From contig NIVC01001484.1 in the NCBI GenBank assembly GCA_002269645.1, positions 269,527 through 333,526 of the forward strand: DNA of 64,000 bases. The letters are read 5' to 3'. Source of the stretch: Macrostomum lignano. Lineage: Eukaryota. The first letter of the stretch is position 1. Each line of letters begins with the position of its first letter. Made by a program: the position numbers and the translations under genes. A model generated the notes under the pieces. The model saw only the letters and a list, made by a program, of their open reading frames with translations, searched no databases and had not been told where the DNA came from. Below are positions 47,024 through 64,000 of this stretch, one piece after another.

Positions 47024-50000
47024 ATGAGTACAATGAAGGAAGAGGGTTTGTTTCTATTTAATTGCATTCTTGGCGTTTCTTCTCGACGGCATTCCATATG
47101 ACCTGCCTATAATAGAACTGTCCATCGGTTTTAAATCGGCTACAGCTACTGGACCCTGCTTAGGAAACTGCCCCTGCGGCTACTGAGCCCTGCTTAGGAA
47201 ACTGCCCCTGCAGCTACTGAGCCCTGCTTAGGAAACTGCCCCTGCAGCTACTGAGCCCTGCTTAGGAAACTGCCCCTGCAGCTACTGAGCCCTGCTTAGG
47301 AAACTGCCCCTGCAGCTACTGAGTCCTGCTTAGGAAACTGCCCCTGCAGCTACTGAGCCCTGCTTAGGAAACTGCCACACAGCTACTGAGTCCTTTATAA
47401 ACCACTTCTTTGCCTTTGTGCCTGAAGCACAGGTACAAGTATCCTATAGCTCTGTAAAATCGTAGTAGCTCATTGTACACTAAGTTGGTATATTTTCGCA
47501 ACAAGCTATACTGTCACACTTTCACAAATATGCATATGTATCATTTTCAATCGTTAATGCGTTCCATACAAGCCCATATAATTTATTACCGTCAGCAATG
47601 GCTCAGTCTCACATAGCAGAGTTTTCATGCTGTAGCAACATCAGGAAACTAGCTAGCTAGCTACTCATTGCTCCCTCGGGTTTTAGTAACAATTTTGTCG
47701 ATAAGCGAGCGTGAGAACTAATAGCGAGAAAGCAGATAGCAGATAGAGAGAGGAACATGAGTAGAGAGTAGAGACGAAACTTTTTGTCTGCCTTATGCTC
47801 AGATCGACAAGACGTTTTGCCTCGCCGAGCGCATATCCGTTCTGGCGGAAGCAAACTGGTTTTTTAGAGTAACATCAGCAGAGGCAGCGGTGTAAAGCAA
47901 CGGCACAGGGGTTAGCCCTTTCTTATCTTGTTTGCCTGTTGCAAAACGAATAGCTTATATTGCTGCTACTAGAAGGAAGCAAATCCCTCAGGCATATTCT
48001 AGCATATAGAAAATCAATGCCCCTAGGTAGGGAAGCGCATTATACCTGTTTTTATAACGAAGCTAATCAAGTGTACCCCGACGCGAAGAATCCTAAATTA
48101 GACGAAAGATCCTCAGCCCTCTAAGTCTGCGCTCTTTTTGAGTAGCATTAGCTAGCATTTTCTCTGCTGATTTTTCTACACCTTAATTTCTGCTTCAGCG
48201 CTTTTTGAGCTGCTTTTCCCAGTGCCTACCTGTTCTTAGTCGCCTCTGTCAAATTATAATCCCTTTCTTCTTTAAAGAATACTGTCATTGCAGGCTGTGT
48301 TAGTCTTTTCCTATGCTATTCTCTCCCCCCCATGTCTCACAAAGCGCGGAGCCACGGACATCTGGAATAGGGAATCTGGAAAGAGATTTAGAAATCGTTA
48401 AAGGGTACAAGTAGAGCAGCTCAGCGTTAGAATCGCTGAATTGCTGAAAATGTGTGCACCACATTTATTTTGGGGCTTGTGCGATTCTCGCTTATATGGG
48501 CCTAGAGATGGGAGTACGACGTTTGCTTTCGAGAAGTTTGCTTGCAGGAATTTTGCTTGCCGAACTTTGCTTGCCGAGCTTTGCTTGCGGAATTTTGCTA
48601 GCCGAACTTTGCTTGCCGAACTTTGCTTGCGGAATTTTGCCTGCCAAACTTTGCTTGCCGAACTTTGCTTGCCGAAGTTTGCTTGCAGGAAATTTGCTTG
48701 CAGGAATTTTGCTTGCCGAAGTTTGCTTGCAGGAACTTTGCTTGCCGAACTTTGCTTGCGGAATTTTGATGTCTGCTTCCTAGAAATTCGCAATCACAAT
48801 TGCAAGGTTTTAACTTGCCGAATTAGAATATTTTCTTGTCTGCTTGCTTGTTTTGATTGCTTGTGAAGTTGGTCCGTCAATTATTACTTACTACAGATGC
48901 TTTGCAAGTGGATTCTTATCAGCGTCGACGTAAACTGACTTGACACTGAGCTTTCAAACTAGGCTTATAGAGTTTCATTCTAAGAATTTAGGGGTCGCAA
49001 TATAAAGCTGTCGCAGCGTAAGTTCAATCGTACGTCGGAACTTTTACACTACGGAGATGGGAGCTAAGAACGATCTTATCTTACGATGTTCTGCATTAGG
49101 GCTTTTCAAATCCGCCATATCCTCATACAAAATCATAACACTATAGGCGACTTCCACGAATCTTAGAATACAAAAATTAGAAATACAAGAGCTCAATAAT
49201 AGGTTCTTTAAGGTTCCGCAAGAAAACTGTGGCTGGCAAATCTCGGCAAGCAAAGTTCCTGCAAGCAAACTTCGGCAAGCTTATGTGCAGCAAGCAAATT
49301 TCCTGCAAGCAAAATTCGGCAAGCAAAGCTCGGCAAGCAGACTTCGGCAAGCAAACTTCTCGCGAGCAAATTTCATAGACCCCCCAGAGAGTGTACATGC
49401 TTGATGATGATTAGAAAGTCAGGATCGGTGTACACCCTGTGTGAGCGTACATGCCTGCAGTACAGTATTCGCGCGCATTTCCATGCCCACTTCTTGACTT
49501 ACTTAAATGAGCTTCCCCTATTATTCTTTTAGTTTATTTATTCAAATTAAGTTTGTTAGTTTATTATGCTTCGTAAATTGGAACAAGTTAATAACAGTTA
49601 GGCTTCCATTCCAGAATTTGCGCTAGTGTAGAAGTCCTTGACTCGGCCATTTTTTGTAGCGTCCCACAGCTACAGCTAGTTATTAATCGGATTGGATGCT
49701 GCAGCTAGCGGAGAGTATGGGCGGACATGGGCGGCTGGGTGTTTTTTGCTTATTTCCTAACCTCTAGTCTATCCTCTCTGCCCCTCTCGATTCAACTGAA
49801 TATTAACTAACCTCGCTTTTAGCGCTCTGCTAAACCCCGTGACAGTTTCGCATTGCCTGATATTCCTTAATTCCTACAGGTGTCGCTTCGTTTTTTTTAG
49901 CATCTTCTGTAGCAATTCTACTAGAGGCTATGCCTGATCCCGCAGTTAGAGCAGCTAATAGAGTAAGATTAATTTTTGCATGACTTCATGTTACATCTCA

Positions 50001-50673
50001 GCGTCGCTTTTATGTTATAGTTATATATATATTTATTGCATTTGCGTTTCTATTCCAGGCGCAATACAACAGTCAAGCTTCTCTAGAATCAGCAGCGGCA
50101 GTAACGACAGATAGAGAAGTTTCCGAATATTTAGTTTCAACACTAACGCCCCCAGTGGCTGGTAATGCAAGCACAGTAGTATCTACTGCAGCCGCTCCTA
50201 CCGCAGAGTTCTTACCAGGTCTAACCATTCTGCTTGGCATTGCCGTCATAGTATTGTCACTAATCCTATTAGTAATCTGCTGTCGCCACTATTGTCCTTG
50301 TTGTCGTTGGTATCGACGAGATCATCGATTTAACTATAATAATAATAACAATATTGAACAGTTTTACGATCACAGCGATGCCTCGGTTGGTGGTGCGTTT
50401 CTACATGACGCCTTAGTTGGCAAGAAGCATGTGCCGGTGATCTTTGCCGAAGAGCTGGAAGCTGCCGCCGAAGTTGAAGCGATGTCATTGGGCACGTCCC
50501 GTCCGATGGTGCTACCTGTGGAAAGGCCGCCTGTTGAAATGCCGGCCATTTTCGATGACGAAGAAGAGAATGGCGAACACATGGACGCAGACGAAGCCGT
50601 TCGCATGGTGGGTGGAGTTGGCAGCTTTGAGCGCCTTCGCTATGGTAACAAGCCACCGCCGCCTCCGCCTTGA
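47024..50673 (+). CDS. Small type I membrane protein with a dystroglycan-like cytoplasmic tail (~239 aa)
   Basis: Main exon 50059-50673 and exon 49880-49962 are in phase (AGA|gtaaga..ttccag|GCG). The first exon 47024-47045 (MSTMKEEG) is tentative. Signal-like VASFFLASSVAILLEA, S/T/A/P-rich stalk, TM GLTILLGIAVIVLSLILLVI, Cys cluster, and KKHVPVIFAEELE matching beta-dystroglycan KKGVPIIFADELD. Confidence 0.72.
47150..47395. repeat. 34-bp minisatellite (CTGCTTAGGAAACTGCCCCTGCAGCTACTGAGCC)n
   Basis: About 7 units read directly. Confidence 0.96.
48510..49386. mobile_element. Foldback-like element with modular, internally repetitive inverted arms
   Basis: Left arm ~48522-48765 is made of (TTTGCTTGCCGAAC) units and right arm ~49240-49370 of the reverse complement. 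The outer ends match (tttgctttcgagaagtttgc vs rc tttgctcgcgagaagtttgc). Confidence 0.75.
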
Positions 50674-51139
50674 CGAGACCAGCTGGCTGACCAGCCTTCA
50701 AGCTGACTTGGATTAGATTTCTGACTTGGGATCAATGCAACTCGGCCTGAAATAATAATCAGAAATATTTTTTTTCTAAGAAACACTGTCGACGATTGGG
50801 AATTATTTTAACAAGAACAACAGCTGCCATCGTCTTAAACAATTTCGGAGAATCCTCCTTACGTATTTGTAAAAAGTTGCGTTTAAAAACAGCGTTGAAA
50901 AAAATCTTCCTAAGCGATATGAAAGAATAACCTTTACTGTAAAGTCACATAATCTTAATATCCTTTAAAAGTCTTGAACGAGTCTCACTTCGTTCTCTCG
51001 AGTCTTAAACAAATGGCCTTGATGGGTCCTTACTAATCGCCGATAAACTGTCCTAAAGAATCTCCCTTTAGTAGGATAGGGAGAATAGGCTTGAACAGAC
51101 TTGGACTATCTTCTTAAAACAGTCGTAAAGCATTGCCCT

Positions 51140-51480
51140 TGAACTGTGTTGAAAAATTACCGTGAAACAGACTTGAAGAATCGCCCTTAAAACAGTCCTG
51201 AAGGATTGCCCTTGAATTGTCTTGAAAGATTACCGTGAAAGGCTTGAAGAATCGCCCTTAAAACAGTCCTGAAGGATTGCCCTTGAATTGTCTTGAAAGA
51301 TTACCGTGAAAGGCTTGAAGAATCGCCCTTAAAACAGTCCTGAAGGATTGCCCTTGAATTGTCTTGAAAGATTACCGTGAAAGAGACTTGAAGAATCGCC
51401 CTTAAAACAGTCCTGAAGGATTGCCCTTGAATTGTCTTGAAAGATTACCGTGAAAGGCTTGAAGAATCGCCCTTAAACAG
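51140..51480. repeat. ~71-bp tandem repeat (GAAGGATTGCCCTTGAATTGTCTTGAAAGATTACCGTGAAAGGCTTGAAGAATCGCCCTTAAAACAGTCCT)n
   Basis: About 4-5 units read directly. Confidence 0.93.
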
Positions 51481-53279
51481 TCTAACTTGGATTGTGTTGA
51501 AAACATACCAAGAAACAGTCCTAAAGAGTCGCTGGGCAAAAGTATTTCCTCATTACCGCTAAAGTATTCCGCACAGACCAGTTGCACGCGTTCGTACATT
51601 CAATATTTTTCTTTCTGCGAAGAATTGGTTTTTTGTATCGAAACATTTTTTGCTCAATTTGACTCTAAGTGGAACGGATATTGCTTTAAAAAAATGCACA
51701 TTTTTAGTAGCGCCCTAACTACGAGTGTACTCGCGTTTTCGTTTTAGATCTTTTGCACCAATGCAGCTTTGGTTTCAGCATGTATAAGAGCGTACCATAA
51801 TCTAGTAGTCATACCAATTTTGCACTGCCTGTACATGTAATATCCGTGTATTTAAAACTCGGCATCATGCATCTAGTCATGCATCTAACTAGACAACTCA
51901 ATACGGAACAGCAGAACAGAACAAAGAGCCATCGTACTGATTAATCAGTTCCTAAAAGTTACCAAAACTCCAAGAAGATGAAGCAGCGCGTGTACGTATT
52001 TGTTCATCGTGCAGTTTCTTGTGACGTCTGACGCCTTTTTGGTGAACGATCTCGGCGTCCAGTTGTCTCGTATCGTCTTCTGATTGAGTAGAGAGTTCGG
52101 ATCTTTACATTCAGCCACGGATCGCAATTGCCAATGTTGCTTCTCCACGTTCCATACTCTCTGATTACTCCTAAATTGACTGGAACGACAGCTTTGGCCA
52201 TAGAACACCCCTATAGCTATGTGAATTCATGTAGACGTTTTTTTCCTTTACGACTCTAATTGACTGCTCACAGGACCAAATTAAGTGGGAAATGCTATGT
52301 CTATGGTAAATAATGTAAGTAAATACTACACTTAGCCATAGACAATGAAGCCAGTCAAACTGATACATACAATCTATCGGACAGCTCGCTATTCAAAGCT
52401 GCACTCTCCCACAGACTGACAGCAAAGCCAGTTGTTTCAGGCTCTGCTCTCTAGTTAAATGGCAAGCAAGTTAAGAATTTCTAAGTTCTGCTTACATAAC
52501 TTTCTACATTTGGTTCTGATTGTAATCATTTAGCAACTAACAAAAGCAGTTGTTATTAAAGAAATGAGAGATTATTTATAGCACAGGTGAATTCCCACTA
52601 AATTGTTTTAAAGACAGGGACAGACACATTGAAAGCAATTCTTAATTCCAGCAACAAAGGACATGTCAACACTTGAGCTCATAAAGTGAAGCCTGGGTAA
52701 CCTATGTATAAAGATGGTGCATTATTTTGCTCACAGTATCACTAAGAAGCTGGGTTTGGCAGATAAGCGAAGAAAATTGGAATTTGGATGAGGGAGAACA
52801 AGCAAAGGGATAATCGGGGACTCCTTTTTATGTGCTTAAGTTGAAATTATAGTCCATAATCACAATCCCCAATCCCAAGATTGTGATATTGTGATTGAAA
52901 ATACTCTATTATTACTACTTATTTGCTAGTTGGCTGTGAACATGTTTTTTCTATTTAAAATGATTGTATTGCTATTTTTGCGAAAATATTTTTGCTTATT
53001 TATAGCTAGTCAATTGTTATCCGCAATTTTTTCTAATTGATTGCATGCCTTTTGCAAAGGTAAACTTTTCCAAACAATGTCAATTATTAAGTTTACTAAT
53101 TCTGCTTCCGTTACAACTAAAACTTTACTACTGTACTAGTTTACATGTATTATAAGTATTATAGATTTTACTAGCTAAATAATAATGCAATAAAAATGGT
53201 GCAATGTTTTTAAAAGCTATCAGCAAAGTTTTTGTAATTTATTTACACAAATCTTGGCCAACCCTATAAACCCTACCAT

Positions 53280-53765
53280 TAACACAGCTCCTGCCCAACC
53301 CCTTCCCCCATGTCGCACAGCTCTTTCCCGCTATCCGTTACCCTTATGTACACAGCTCCTGCCCAACCTCTTCCCCCCATGTCGCACAGCTCTTTCCTGC
53401 TATCCGTTACCATTATGTACACAGCTCCTGCCCAAACCCTTCCCCCCATGTCGCACAGCTCTTTCCTGCTATCCGTTACCATTATGTACACAGCTCCTGC
53501 CCCACCCCTTACCCCCATGTCGCACAGCTCTTTCCTGCTATCCGTTACCATTATGTACACAGCTCCTGCCCTACCCCTTCCCCCCATGTCGCACAGCTCT
53601 TTCCTGCTATCCGTTACCATTATGTACACAGCTCCTGCCCTACCCCTTCCCCTTATGTACACAGCTCCTGCCCTACCCCTTCCCCTTATGTACACAGCTC
53701 CTGCCCTACCCCTTCCCCTTATGTACACAGATCCTGCCCTACCCCTTCCCTCTACGTACACAGAT
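53280..53765. repeat. ~66-bp minisatellite decaying into ~33-bp half units
   Basis: Repeated tatgtacacagctcctgccc..ccccatgtcgcacagctctttcctgctatccgttacc. Confidence 0.95.
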
Positions 53766-53917
53766 CACTTCTACAACCTATTTCTTTATCCTTAATCTTC
53801 ATCGTAAAATAATTCTTGTGCATACAAACTGTTTCAGCTTGAAAATTGTGGCCGCTCAAAGTGGCACCATCTGCAGCGTACTTCTAGCAAAGCAGGCCAG
53901 TCCTTGTCAAGATAAGA

Positions 53918-62674
<8,757 letters not shown>

Positions 62675-62799
62675 CGCTTGCCAGGTCGTCTACGGAAGAA
62701 GTCTCTCTTGTGTTTTTCTGCTTCAACTCACTGGTTTTTGTAGCCTCTTGAGAAAGTAAAAATTTTGTGAAAAAATGAACTTAATCTGGGAGTAGGTTA

Positions 62800-63410
62800 C
62801 CAAGTTTGGGCTTGGTGAATTTTGGGATTTGTGAAGTCTGGGATTTGAGAAGTTTGGGCTTGGTGAAGTTTGGGCTTTGTGAAGTTTGAGCTTGGTGAAG
62901 TTTGGGCTTAATGAAGTTTGGAATTTGTGAAGTTTGGGCTTTGTGAAGTTTGGGCTTTGTGAAGTTTGGGCTTTGTGAAGTTTGAGCTTTGTGAAGTTTG
63001 GGATTTGTGAAGTTTGGGCTTTGTGAAGTTTGAGCTTTGTGAAGTTTGGGCTTTGTGAAGTTTGGGCTTTGTGAAGTTTGAGCTTTGTGAAGTTTGGGCT
63101 TTGTGAAGTTTGGGATTTGTGAAGTTTGGGCTTTGTGAAGTTTAAACTTTGTGAAGTTTGGGCTTTGTGAAGTTTGGGCTTTGTGAAGTTTGGGCTTTGT
63201 GAAGTTTGAGCTTTGTGAAGTCTGGGCTTTGTAATTTTAAGCTTTGTGAAGTTTGAGCTTTGTGAAGTTTGAACTTTGTGAAGTTTGGGCTTTGTGAAGT
63301 TTGGGCTTTGTGAAGTTTGGGCTTTGTGAAGTCTGGGCTTTGTAATTTTAAGCTTGGTGAATTTTGGGCTTTGTGAAGTTTGAGCTTTAATATTTCAGCT
63401 TTGTGAAGTT
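62800..63410. repeat. 16-bp minisatellite (CTTTGTGAAGTTTGGG)n
   Basis: Read directly. Confidence 0.97.
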
Positions 63411-63784
63411 TGGGGCATCCTGGGCATGCTAAGCTGGTGAGCTAGATATCCAAAAAAGCGTTTCTTCTGATTTTTTAGAGATTTAGCCCAGCTTTATTTA
63501 CGTTGGACTGAAGTATAGTTATTTCGCGTTTTTTAGTGTTGTTTTTTGTTTGCCTATAAAAATCTTGCTGCTCCTTTCATTCAAACTGCTATGACAGCTA
63601 TTGCCATCCTTTTGTTTGTGTCATCTTTCGGTTTCTTAGTCTGTTTTTACAGCATGTTTTGGCATGTGATTGATGATTTTGCGTTTATTGCCATTGCGTC
63701 CGCTCAATATCGTAGTCTGGTAATCAGACTGCACTTTCATACTTTTGTTGATGCAGTGTTAATCAAATCAATTCTGTTCAAACT

Positions 63785-64000
63785 CATCTATACCACAAGA
63801 GTGTTGGTAGATCTAATCTAATCAATTTCATTTATACCTGGGTGTTGATAGATCTAATTGAATTCATTTATACCTGAGAGTTGATAGATCTAAGCAAACC
63901 CATCTATACTGAGAATTGATAGATCTAATCAAACCCATCTATACCTGAGAGTTGATAGATCTAATCAAACCCATCTATACTGAGAGTTGATAGATCTAAT
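63785..64000. repeat. ~36-bp minisatellite (ATCTATACCTGAGAGTTGATAGATCTAATCAAACCC)n, runs off the window
   Basis: Read directly. Confidence 0.92.

Noticed and set aside
49405-49470. Box C-like ATGATGA suggesting a snoRNA
   Set aside because: No box D or terminal stem found.
51945-52208. Two short minus-strand ORFs in a CpG-rich patch
   Set aside because: No recognisable homology or convincing splice structure. More likely promoter/5' region of KDM7, though not excluded.
52405-53910. Possible degenerate PHD-finger exons upstream of KDM7 (..CFRLCSL.. and ..ENCGRSKWHH..)
   Set aside because: The Cys/His spacing does not fit a PHD, and the joined frame hits a stop before the JmjC frame.

Overview
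Intron-rich animal genomic DNA. It is not prokaryotic, and I found no CRISPR array or rRNA. The GC-rich exons, introns packed with intron-specific ~16-70 bp minisatellites, and splice acceptors just upstream of start codons resemble the flatworm Macrostomum lignano (inference, not verified). Spliced gene models built by hand from GT-AG sites and reading-frame continuity: a candidate neuropeptide-precursor exon (-), a TRAF4-like RING/zinc-finger/MATH gene (+), SLC17A9/VNUT (+), DAP3/mS29 (-), a disordered protein carrying SETD5/KMT2E-like short motifs (-), mitochondrial FARS2 (+), a small single-pass membrane protein with a dystroglycan-type cytoplasmic tail (+), and a KDM7/PHF8-family JmjC demethylase (+) that appears to lack the usual PHD finger and instead ends in three C2H2 zinc fingers. 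Between 28.5 and 43 kb lies a transposon graveyard (a decayed full-length mariner, a mariner-derived long-TIR element, a Harbinger-type MITE, a hAT end) with directional CpG decay and, locally, a RIP-like CpA/TpG-to-TpA signature. A tRNA-derived CORE-type SINE, a foldback element and about 30 tandem arrays are also present. Strongest candidates for novelty: the JmjC-C2H2 fusion, the mini-dystroglycan-like protein, the non-CpG hypermutation signature, and two operon-like junctions (poly(A) signal shortly before a splice acceptor).
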